Below, one piece after another: positions 11,445 through 35,829 of a stretch of 35,829 bases of DNA (position 1 is its first letter; each line of letters opens with the position of its first letter). The stretch lies in contig NIVC01004757.1 in NCBI GenBank assembly GCA_002269645.1, forward strand, positions 1 to 35,829. Direction: 5' to 3'. Source of the stretch: Macrostomum lignano (lineage: Eukaryota). A model generated the notes under the pieces. The model ran no database searches and was not told the origin of the DNA. It was given only the letters and a program-made list of their open reading frames with translations. A program made the position numbers and the translations under genes.

Positions 11445-11852
11445 CAACCGGTTGTTTACCTTGGATACGGCTTGGCAACCGGTAGTTTACCTTTGATACG
11501 GCTTAACAACCGGTTGTTTACCTTGGATACGGCTTAGCAACCGGTAGTTCAGATCCATCATAGCAACCAATTTTTTGCCTTAAATACGGCTTAGCCACCG
11601 GTTTTTTACCTTGGATACGGCTTAGCAACCGGTAGTTTACCTTGGATACGGCTTAGCAACCGGTAGTTCACCTTGGATCCATCATAGCAACCGATTATTT
11701 ACCTTAGATACGGCTTAGCAACCGGTAGTTTACTTTGGATACGGCTTAGAAACCGGTAGTTTACTTTGGATACGGCTTAGAAACCGGTAGTTTACTTTGG
11801 ATACGGCTTAACAACCGGTAGTTTTACCTTGGATACGGCTTAGAAACCAGTG
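11445..11852. repeat. 31-bp minisatellite downstream of the SAM50 stop, unit AACCGGTAGTTTACCTTGGATACGGCTTAGC (copy 1)
   Basis: About 13 imperfect units read directly. Confidence 0.93.
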
Positions 11853-12555
11853 TTTATAGACTTCCTATATATTTAGACTTCCTATATATTTTCATGAGAA
11901 TTCATCTTAAAGCCTATAAATTGCGGCAGTTCACCTTGGATTTTAGTTATTCTTGGGACCTGTGTTCCTTTGTCTCGGTCTCGGTAAAGACAAAATCTGT
12001 TTCGACATTGCTGTATCCATAGTCAGCACCCGGTTGCTATGCGGGTGGATCATTTCCCGCTATCCTATTGTGTTTAGTATAATGTTGATTGATGAAACTG
12101 TATGCTAACTAAGCACCCATATTGCCTATGCAAGACATGCCTGTATGTACGAGTAGTTTGGATTTTATCAATAATTGATTTTCACCCAGCTTTGTGTGTT
12201 CTGTTTTGTGCGTTATTGCTAGAAAAATTATTCTAATGTATTATGATGACACTTCTTTGTGCTAGCCTACTACTACTTTTAGTAGGCGTTAAAGAAATTT
12301 TAGGCTTATTTTGTGCTTCTAGTTTTAGCGACACCGTAATATCTGTCTGTTCATCGGATTTCCTGTTTAGCCCTATATGAAAATTAGTTTGACTATATCC
12401 ACTGCTACTACTAGTAAACAAATAGAAAATACATTAGAATTTTCATAGATGCGTTCAGCGCTTATGCGTTAAGCTAAACAGGTAGTCTGTGAAGTCAGTT
12501 TTGTATCAGACGTCTCAATGCTTTTAATTCTTCTAGAAACCTTAAATTTTACGGA

Positions 12556-13880
12556 GACATTCTCAATTCTCTGACATTCTCAAGTCTCTGACATCAATTC
12601 TCTGACATTCTCAATTCTCTGACATTCTCAATTCTCTGACATTCTCAATTCTCTGACATTCTCAACTTAAGTCTCTGACATAAATTCTCTGACACCCAAT
12701 TCTCTGACATCAATTCTCTGACATTCTCAATTCTCTGACATTCTCAAGTCTCTGACATCAATTCTCTGACATTCTCAATTCTCTGACATTCTCAATTCTC
12801 TGACATTCTCAATTCTCTGACATTCTCAACTCAAGTCTCTGACATCAATTCTCTGACATTCTCAATTCTCTGACATTAATTCTCTGACATTCAATTCTAT
12901 GACATTCTCAATTCTCTGACATTCAATTTTATGACATTTTAGATTCTCTGACATTCAAGTCTCTGACATTTTTGATTCTCCGACATTCTCAATTCCCTGA
13001 CATTCTAAATTCACTGACATTCTCAACTCAAGTCTCTGACATCAATTCTCTGACATTCTCAATTCTCTGACATTCTCAATTCTCTGACATTCTCAACTCA
13101 AGTCTCTGACATCAATTCTCTGACATTCTCAATTCTCTGACATTCTCAAGTCTCTGACATCAATTCTCTGACATTCTCAATTCTCTGACATTCTCAATTC
13201 TCTGACATTCTCAATTCTCTGACATTCTCAACTCAAGTCTCTGACATAAATTCTCTGACACCCAATTCTCTGACATCAATTCTCTGACATTCTCAATTCT
13301 CTGACATTCTCAAGTCTCTGACATCAATTCTCTGACATTCTCAATTCTCTGACATTCTCAATTCTCTGACATTCTCAACTCAAGTCTCTGACATCAATTC
13401 TCTGACATTCTCAATTCTCTGACATTAATTCTCTGACATTCAATTCTCTGACATTCTCAATTCTCTGACATTCTCAATTCTCTGACATTCTCAACTTAAG
13501 TCTCTGACATAAATTCTCTGACACCCAATTCTCTGACATCAATTCTCTGACATTCTCAATTCTCTGACATTCTCAAGTCTCTGACATCAATTCTCTGACA
13601 TTCTCAATTCTCTGACATTCTCAATTCTCTGACATTCTCAACTCAAGTCTCTGACATCAATTCTCTGACATTCTCAATTCTCTGACATTAATTCTCTGAC
13701 ATTCAATTCTCTGACATTCTCAAGTCTCTGACATTCAATTCTATGACATTCTCAATTCTCTGACATTCAATTTTATGACATTTTAGATTCTCTGACATTC
13801 AAGTCTCTGACATTTTTGATTCTCCGACATTCTCAATTCCCTGACATTCTAAATTCACTGACATTCAATTCTCTGACATT
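12556..13880. repeat. 17-bp satellite ATTCTCAATTCTCTGAC with higher-order variants (copy 1)
   Basis: About 1.3 kb of 15-23 bp variants; the block ACTTAAG/CTCAAG-TCTCTGACATAAATTCTCTGACACCCAATT recurs. Confidence 0.97.
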
Positions 13881-14280
13881 TTAATTTCACCAATACGCTA
13901 TTAACCACTTGTCTACGACAGAATTTCTTCCCCACTTCTCTGTCTTACCAGATGGCAAGTAATGCATGTTATAGACTGCGCTGTACACTTTGAATTCCAA
14001 AACAGTTTCTTTATTATGCACAGGCAAGAAAACACTTCCTCAACAGGAGAAGTGACATCTTTGACTGGAGAATAGTCTATGGCCAAGCTAGAAAAAGGCA
14101 AGAGAGAAAATTCAGGCATGAAGAGTTAACTGAAAGAATTTTTACTCGTGCCTCCTTAGCTCACTATCCCGGCTTACCAAATCTTACAATGCAAGCGGTC
14201 AGACAGCGACGACAAGCAGCCTTGCGAAATTTGGGCCTCGACAGCGAATCGAGCGATTAATCATTTGTCACTGCTTGTCA

Positions 14281-14565
14281 CCGCTGGTCACTAGGCGTGG
14301 CAATTTTTTCGACTTATTCCGTCTGCACGCTTTCGCTAACGCCGGCTGCCTCGTGTCCAACGCTGGCGGCGCCCCCGTTGGCGACTGGCGATTGCCGCGG
14401 TTCCCGCGCGACGAAGTTCGTCTATCGTACGGCATCGGCATCCTCTTGGCTGTTGGCGGCCTGGCCCGATTCGAGCTGAATTACACAGTGCCGCAGGCCG
14501 CCTGCGCTGGTGACAAACTCGCTCCGGGCGTTGGTTTGGGCATTCACGTCGATTCGCCATTTTAA
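14281..14565 (+). pseudogene. SAMM50: Partial duplicate of the SAM50 last coding exon (C-terminal ~94 codons)
   Basis: Near-identical to 11069-11353 (I noticed one synonymous GCC/GCT change). It starts mid-exon, with no AG acceptor or ATG at the breakpoint. Confidence 0.75.
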
Positions 14566-14656
14566 CCGCAAGTCTAACTGTATGCACCAATCATAGCAAC
14601 CCTTGTTTACATTGAATACCGGTTATTCAAAACTAATACTTATTTTGATAGCATAA

Positions 14657-15126
14657 CAACCGGTTGTTTACCTTGGATACGGCTTGGCAACCGGTAGTTT
14701 ACCTTTGATACGGCTTAACAACCGGTTGTTTACCTTGGATACGGCTTAGCAACCGGTAGTTCAGATCCATCATAGCAACCAATTTTTTGCCTTAAATACG
14801 GCTTAGCCACCGGTAGTTTACCTTGGATACGGCTTAGCAACCGGTAGTTTACCTTGGATACGGCTTAGCAACCGGTTGTTTACCTTGGATACGGCTTAGC
14901 AACTGGTAGTTCACCTTGGATACGGCTTAGCAACCGGTAGTTCACCTTGGATCCATCATAGCAACTGTTTATTTACCTTAGATACGGCTTAGCAACCGGT
15001 AGTTTACCTTGGATACGGCTTAGAAACCGGTAGTTTACTTTGGATACGGCTTAGAAACCGGTAGTTTACTTTGGATACGGCTTAACAACCGGTAGTTTTA
15101 CCTTGGATACGGCTTAGAAACCAGTG
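14657..15126. repeat. 31-bp minisatellite (copy 2 of the duplication)
   Basis: Same unit as copy 1; 62 bp (two units) longer. Confidence 0.93.
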
Positions 15127-15828
15127 TTTATAGACTTCCTATATATTTAGACTTCCTATATATTTTCATGAGAATTCATCTTAAAGCCTATAAATTGCGG
15201 CAGTTCACCTTGGATTTTAGTTATTCTTGGGACCTGTGTTCCTTTGTCTCGGTCTCGGTAAAGACAAAATCTGTTTCGACATTGCTGTATCCATAGTCAG
15301 CACCCGGTTGCTATGCGGGTGGATCATTTCCCGCTATCCTATTGTGTTTAGTATAATGTTGATTGATGAAACTGTATGCTAACTAAGCACCCATATTGCC
15401 TATGCAAGACATGCCTGTATGTACGAGTAGTTTGGATTTTATCAATAATTGATTTTCACCCAGCTTTGTGTGTTCTGTTTTGTGCGTTATTGCTAGAAAA
15501 ATTATTCTAATGTATTATGATGACACTTCTTTGTGCTAGCCTACTACTACTTTTAGTAGGCGTTAAAGAAATTTTAGGCTTATTTTGTGCTTCTAGTTTT
15601 AGCGACACCGTAATATCTGTCTGTTCATCGGATTTCCTGTTTAGCCCTATATGAAAATTAGTTTGACTATATCCACTGCTACTACTAGTAAACAAATAGA
15701 AAATACATTAGAATTTTCATAGATGCGTTCAGCGCTTATGCGTTAAGCTAAACAGGTAGTCTGTGAAGTCAGTTTTGTATCAGACGTCTCAATGCTTTTA
15801 ATTCTTCTAGAAACCTTAAATTTTACGG

Positions 15829-17358
15829 AGATTCTAAATTCTCTGACATTCTCAATTCTCTGACATTCTCAATTCTCTGACATTCTCAATTCTCTGACAT
15901 TCTCGATTCTCTGACATTCTCAATTCTCTGACATTCTCAATTCTCTGACATTCTCGATTCTCTGACATTCTCAACTCTCTAACATTCTCAATTCTCTGAC
16001 ATTCTCAATTCTCTGACATTCTCAATTCTCTGACATTCTCAATTCTAGCTCTGACATTCTCGATTCTCTGACATTCTCGATTCTCTGACATTCTCAACTC
16101 TCTAACATTCTCAATTCTCTGACATTCTCAACTCTCTAACATTCTCAATTCTCTGACATTCTCAATTCTCTGACATTCTCAATTCTAGCTCTGACATTCT
16201 CGATTCTCTGACATTCTCGATTCTCTGATATTCTCAATTCTCTGACGTTCTCGATTCTCTGACATTCTCGATTCTCTGACGTTCTCGATTCTCTGAAGTT
16301 CTCGATTCTCTGACGTTCTCGATTCTCTGACATTCTCGATTCTCTGACGTTCTCGATTCTCTGACATTCTCATTTCTCTGACGTTCTCAATTCTCTGACA
16401 TTCTCATTTCTCTGACGTTCTCAATTCTCTGACATTCTCAATTCTCTGACGTTCTCAATTCTCTGACATTCTCGATTCTCTGACGTTCTCAATTCTCTGA
16501 CGTTCTCAATTATTTGACAGTCTCAATTCTCTGACATTCTCGATTCTCTGACATTCTCAATTCTCTGACATTCTCAATTCTCTGACATTCTCAATTCTCT
16601 GACATTCTCGATTCTCTGACATTCTCAATTCTCTGACATTCTCAATTCTCTGACATTCTCAATTCTCTGACATTCTCAATTCTCTGACATTCTCGATTCT
16701 CTGACATTCTCAATTCTCTAACATTCTCAATTCTCTGACATTCTCGATTCTCTGACATTCTCGATTCTCTGACATTCTCGATTCTCTGACATTCTCAACT
16801 CTCTAACATTCTCAATTCTCTGACATTCTCAATTCTCTGACATTCTCAATTCTCTGACATTCTCAATTCTAGCTCTGACATTCTCGATTCTCTGATATTC
16901 TCAATTCTCTGACGTTCTCGATTCTCTGACATTCTCGATTCTCTGACGTTCTCGATTCTCTGACATTCTCGATTCTCTGACGTTCTCGATTCTCTGACAT
17001 TCTCATTTCTCTGACGTTCTCAATTCTCTGACATTCTCGATTCTCTGATATTCTCAATTCTCTGACGTTCTCAATTCTCTGACATTCTCGATTCTCTGAC
17101 GTTCTCGATTCTCTGACATTCTCATTTCTCTGACATTCTCATTTCTCTGACATTCTCAATTCTCTGACATTCTCAATTCTCTGACGTTCTCAATTCTCTG
17201 ACATTCTCGATTCTCTGATATTCTCAATTCTCTGACATTCTCAATTCTCTGACATTCTCAATTATCTGACATTCTCAATTCTCTGACATTCTCAATTATC
17301 TGACATTCTCAATTCTCTGACATTCTCAATTATCTGACATTCTCAATTCTCTGACATT
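15829..17358. repeat. 17-bp satellite (copy 2 of the duplication)
   Basis: About 90 units; variants TCTCGATT, GACGTTCT and AATTCTAGCTCT. Confidence 0.97.
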
Positions 17359-17821
17359 TTATTTCACCAATACGCTATTAGTACCCACGTCGCCAAAAAG
17401 AATTCAACTGTTGCGATTTACTTACTGGTAAATCTGAATTTAGTGATATGAATTTATTTACTTACTGATAATTACTGGTTGCTTAACCTTGCATAATCGA
17501 AAAAGTTAAACGCATGTGCTTATTGTGGGTCTGTTGAATCACAATCCTTTCTATCATATATATAAAAATGAGCTGTCCATATACTCATATAGGTATGTGT
17601 GATATCGATTTCAGAAAAACGGCTCAACCGATTTTTATGAAACTTGCACCATTCGATTAGAAATTTTCCTCAATGCTAATGGGAAAGGTCAAGCAGACTT
17701 TTCGACTTGAAATGCATTGTAAGAATGCTAGAGAAAAAACTGACTGGTTGAATTCAGATTTTGATAATGATCGCACCACAAAATACATAAATACTGTAGC
17801 TCGTAAATTTACCAAAAAACC

Positions 17822-18548
17822 CACTAAGAGACTGGCGACCATCAAGAGACAGGGGCGACCACCAAGAGAAAGGGGTGACCAAATTAAGAGACATGGCCAC
17901 CATTAAGAGACTGCGGTGACCATCAAGAGAGACGGCCGACCGTCAAGAGACAGGGGCGCCGACCAAAGAGACATGGCCACCAATAAGAGATGGGTGTGCC
18001 ATCAAGACAGAGGGTGCCCACCAAGAGACAAGGGCGCCTTCTGGTATGGCGGACCATCAAGAGACCGGGGCGACCACCAAGCGACAGGGGCGGCCACCAA
18101 GAGACAGGGGATGACCACCAAGAGACAGGGGCGGCCACCAAGAGACAGGGGCAGCCACCAAGAGACAGGGGCGGCCACTAAGAGACAGGGGCGGCCACCA
18201 AGAGACAGGGGCAGCCACCAAGAGACAGGGGCGGCCACCAAGAGACAGGGGCGGCCACCAAGAGACAGGGGCGGCCACTAAGAGACAGGGGCGGCCACCA
18301 AGAGACAGGGGCAGCCACCAAGAGACAGGGGCAGCCACCAAGAGACGGGCGGCCACCAAGAGACTGGGGCGGCCACCAAGAGACAGGGGCGGCCACTAAG
18401 AGACAGGGGCGGCCACCAAGAGACAGGGGCGGCCACCAAGAGACAGGGGCGGCCACTAAGAGACAGGGGCGGCCACCAAGAGACGGGATGATCACCAAGA
18501 GACAGGGGCGGCCACCAAGAGACAGGGGCGGCCACCAAGAGACAGGGA
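17822..18548. repeat. 20-bp G-rich minisatellite CCACCAAGAGACAGGGGCGG, array 1 (degenerate left edge)
   Basis: Period 20 read directly; source of many overlapping artefact ORFs. Confidence 0.96.
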
Positions 18549-18598
18549 TAAAAAAGATAAAAAGAGATAAAAAGATTTAGAGATAAAAAAATTAATCT

Positions 18599-18673
18599 AT
18601 TTTTCATGTTAAATTGGTCTGTCGCTTGAAAAAACGTTTAAAATAATGACAAGACCAATTTAACATGAAAAAT
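18599..18673. repeat. Perfect 22-bp inverted repeat with a 31-nt spacer, between the two 20-bp arrays
   Basis: ATTTTTCATGTTAAATTGGTCT (18599-18620) and AGACCAATTTAACATGAAAAAT (18652-18673). Confidence 0.85.
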
Positions 18674-18888
18674 CGACTAATGCGTCGTTAGAGCAGCATG
18701 TGAGGCACAAAATACTGTGATTAGAACTTTCTCTGACACTGTTAAAAGACCCAATCACTGTGTTTGGTGTTGAAAATTGTGAAATTTCCTATCTCTGTAG
18801 TGTATTTTTCGGCGAAAAGTTGCCTTCAAAACATTTGCTATAGATTTCGAGTGTTGCGTCCTATATGTTACTTGAGTAGTCCTTGCGT

Positions 18889-19570
18889 GCCACCAAGACA
18901 GAGTATGCCCACCAAGAGACAGGGGGCAGCCACCAAGAGACAGGGGCAGCCACCAAGAGACAGGGGCAGCCACCAAGAGACAGGGGCGGCCACCAAGAGA
19001 CAGGGGCAGCCACCAAGAGACAGGGGCGGCCACCAAGAGACAGGGGCAGCCACCAAGAGACAGGGGCAGCCACCAAGAGACAGGGGCGGCCACCAAGAGA
19101 CAGGGGCGGCCACCAAGCGACAGGGGCAGCCACCAAGCCAAGAGACAGGGGCAGCCACCAAGAGACAGGGGCAGTCACCAAGAGACAGGGGCAGCCACCA
19201 AGAGACAGGGGCGGCCACCAAGAGACAGAGTATGCCCACCAAGAGACAGGGGCGGCCACCAAGAGACAGAGTATGCCCACCAAAAGTCAGGGGCAGCCAC
19301 CAAGAGACAGAGTATGCCCACCAAGAGACAGGGGCGGCCACCAAGAGACAGGGGCGGCCACCAAGAGACAGAGGGTGTCCACCAAGAGACAGAGTATGCC
19401 CACCAAGAGACAGGGGCGGCCACCAAGAGACAGGGGCGGCCACCAAGAGACAGAGGGTGTCCACCAAGAGACAGAGTATGCCCACCAAGAGACAGGGGCG
19501 GCCACCAAGAGACAGGGGCGGCCACCAAGAGACAGGGGCGGCCACCAAGAGACAGGGGCGGCCACCAAGA
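18889..19570. repeat. 20-bp minisatellite, array 2, with 19-bp variants (GAGACAGAGTATGCCC, GAGACAGAGGGTGTCC)
   Basis: Same unit as array 1; the two are separated by ~340 bp of AT-rich DNA. Confidence 0.96.
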
Positions 19571-19621
19571 GGCCAAATATTGGCAGCTTAGGATCGCAGC
19601 CCTTCCAACCAAAATAAAGGG

Positions 19622-19915
19622 CTTATACTCAACAACATTAAAAAGTCGCCCCCTTGAGACTGCGCAGTAAATTCCAGCTCAGTATTGACTTTTGAGTGAC
19701 GCAACTTGCGCCACGTGACGCAGAGTTGAGCTGGGTGAGGAGGGATCGGGAGGAGCGGATGGCGAAGATTTGATGGATTGAAGCTTCCGGTCGGTTTTCA
19801 TTGTTTTTGAAGCATTTTTAAATATCAAAATGGTTGGCCAGGTGATAGACGCTGGTCGAAAGACTCTGCTCACTGGGGCAAAGGGTGGCGACTTTTCAAT
19901 GTTGCTGAGTGTAAG
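19622..19915. mobile_element. MITE-like element with 29-bp terminal inverted repeats
   Basis: CTTATACTCAACAACATTAAAAAGTCGCC (19622-19650) matches the reverse complement of 19887-19915 at 26/29 positions. No clear target-site duplication was found. Confidence 0.55.
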
Positions 19916-20900
19916 TCTGCACTACTCAATGAAGTGCTGCTTGCAATGCCCAATATATCGCAATTAGTTATCTGGTCCGCAAAAGCAGCTGCTGCTGCGG
20001 AAACTCATGGCTTTGAGTCCCCCCCCCGCACCCCGCCATCCCAGTAGAGCATTCAGCAGCAGCTGCTGGGGGGTCTCATTATGCCTCCAGCCCCCTCGGC
20101 GGAGTCACTAAAAGTTATCCTTCTTGTTGTCCCGTGCGCATGGCGACTGGCACAACTGTGGGCAATGGGCACAGAGAGAGATGGATAGAAAAATGAATTG
20201 AAATAACTGACAGTGCTGAGAGACTTGAGGCAAGGGGGGCCTCGCCTTATGTGGGGATGAGGCACGGTGGGTCGGCGGCTGCGATGCTGCAGTGTGGCGC
20301 AACCTGCCTGCATACAATGGTAGGGATGGACAAAAAACTTCCTCGCCAAAGCTGACACTCCTCATTATTTCTTTCCCTGTCCACTCCAATGTCCGCCTCC
20401 CCATCATTCATTTGGTCCCCTCTGTCTCTGTCTCCCCTCTGTCGATAAATGAAGACTAATGGTCAGCTGGGCCTTGAGTGAGTGTGTGTGGGGGGAGTAA
20501 TTTTGATAGTTTTATCAATTGTTGCTGCAGCGGAGCTAGAGAAGAGGCTGAGATATGGGAGGATGAGACTGGCGCATGCATAGCCGCTACCCCCCAGAAT
20601 GGGGAGATTGGGGATGGGGGCCGATCGTGTCGGGAAATATCTGGAAGCCAATGCAGTTTAGGCAGGATATGTTACTATGGAAACGACGGCAACAAGCAAA
20701 CCCGGAAGCGGGGTTGGATTTTGATGCGGGCGGCCCGGCTGGGTACTTGATTAAAAACCGGGACGTCATCCGCTCCGCCAGCCAGCGCTCCACGGCTAAG
20801 ACCGGTTTCTAGACTGGCCAACTCTCACGATTATCTTGTTGAGACATTTTCAATCAAGATTTGTAGAAAAGAAAGTCTGAAAAAAGTTTGCATAGTCCGT

Positions 20901-20910
20901 TTTCTTTTAG
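20901..20910 (+). promoter_or_regulatory. 3' splice acceptor just upstream of the PKD1-like start codon (trans-splice or 5'UTR-intron acceptor)
   Basis: Polypyrimidine TTTCTTTTAG ends 11 nt before ATG 20922. Confidence 0.45.
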
Positions 20911-20921
20911 CTATTTTTGCG

Positions 20922-34753
<13,832 letters not shown>

Positions 34754-35829
34754 GTGAGTGACCTTTTTTAGTGTCTCTACATGTATATCTTAACCACGTC
34801 GCTATACCTGTACTTATTTATCATTCCACTTGGAGATTAGAACGGCACATGATAATCGGATCACTCGTTCAAAACTGGTTCACATTTCACGGTAATAAGA
34901 TAATATGCACTGGCTCCTAACATAAGCAGGATTAACAGTGGGTCTACCAAGCCATTTTTTCCGCCCGTCGAACTACCAGGAGGAACCCCTCTTACGATTT
35001 TTTTGCTGTTCCAAAACAGAGCAACGCACGCACACGAAATTCAGGAACACGGGCTAACTTTTTGTTGCCCTTGTTGCTGATCGGTGAAGTTCGTAGTCGC
35101 CTGGTGTCATCCGTTGACGTCGGGGTGATGGCGGAATGTTTGAGAGACTAGCTGAGGGCGTCCGGCAGCTGAGGCTTGCCCACTGTCGGGGCTTGATCAG
35201 CGAAACTGGAGAAATTTGCAACTGGGTGTCCATAGTCACCTGGTGCCACCTGCTGAAGGTCCAGAAGCTGTCTGGGTGAATACCAGAGACCAACGAAGTC
35301 AGAGCTGATGCAGACACGTGTAAAATTCGGAGGCTTGCAAGGCTGCACTGAGGCGCAGTGCTGATTGGAGCACAGGGGAGTGTATTGAATACACTAGCGC
35401 TTATAGGAAAAATCCGACCTTCTGGCAGAATCGTCGAATGTCTCGATGGGCTGGCGACTTGATTCTTGTTTGAGAAGGTGCGCAGCAAAAAGATAGCCCA
35501 TGTTCTTGAAGTTTGTGTGCGTAGGCTCTGCTTTATCGCAGCGAAAATATTTCCAGGGACCTGGTGGTGCCTGCCTTCCTGTACAGCTAAGCCACAGTCC
35601 TTCCTGGTCCGCTATTTCCCTCAACCGGTCAGAGCCAACCTCAGCAGGGATACTACAATCAGCTCTCCTCTTGCTGGAAGTCCATTTATTTCATTTCATT
35701 TAGCCAGGAACAGCCCCTACTGCATCGCCTAAATATGCTCGTATTAATCTGTCTTTCGTTCCCTCTTTTTCGTTCTCAAACAAGCAACCTGCAATCCCCG
35801 CCCCGAATGTTGCGCCGCAGACTCTCCCA

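Larger units (their letters stand above)
11069..17380 (+). repeat. Tandem segmental duplication: copy 1 at 11069-13903, copy 2 at 14281-17380
   Basis: Unique sequence is nearly identical. The offset is 3212 at the start and 3274 after the 31-bp array. Both copies end in TTTCACCAATACGCTATTA. Confidence 0.92.

Noticed and set aside
13901-14129. piggyBac-like MITE bounded by TTAA
   Set aside because: TTAA occurs at both ends, but the inverted-end similarity is too weak to support a call.
12233-15695. Duplicated 62-aa minus-strand ORF (12233-12421 and 15507-15695)
   Set aside because: It is AT-rich with a non-ATG start, and identical only because it lies in the recent duplication.
16145-17057. 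ENRE/SENV repeat peptides
   Set aside because: They are translations of the 17-bp satellite.
18100-19570. CTCF-site array (GGCCACCAAGAGACAG)
   Set aside because: Two highly conserved G positions of the CTCF core are A here, and CTCF is reported absent from flatworms.
17916-19670. Many overlapping repeat ORFs on both strands
   Set aside because: They are products of the stop-poor 20-bp unit; there is no splice or codon evidence.

Overview
Eukaryotic (metazoan) genomic DNA with GC-rich exons and AT-rich, minisatellite-filled introns. The style suggests a flatworm such as Macrostomum; that is inference, not a search result. Three genes are supported by protein motifs and GT-AG phase checks done by hand. 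(1) A CPEB1/Orb-type RNA-binding protein on the minus strand (90-1844), running off the left edge, with three apparent single-base frameshifts. (2) SAM50, 4 exons on the plus strand (7334-11353, 498 aa). (3) The 5' part of a polycystin-1-like gene (signal peptide, WSC, PKD repeats, REJ) in 13 exons on the plus strand (20922-34753, about 1,770 codons), continuing beyond the window. A ~3.2 kb tandem duplication copies the 3' end of SAM50. At least nine different tandem-repeat families occur, and they generate most of the long ORFs in the supplied track as artefacts. Mobile DNA includes a tRNA/CORE-type SINE, a 5'-truncated RNase H LINE with a 13-bp target-site duplication, and two MITE-like elements. 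No CRISPR array or prokaryotic system is present. The most unusual signal is the set of intron-specific minisatellites whose units read like regulatory words: about 90 consensus 5' splice donors, about 22 ETS sites, RFX half-sites shared by two inverted arrays, K50-homeodomain sites and nuclear-receptor sites.
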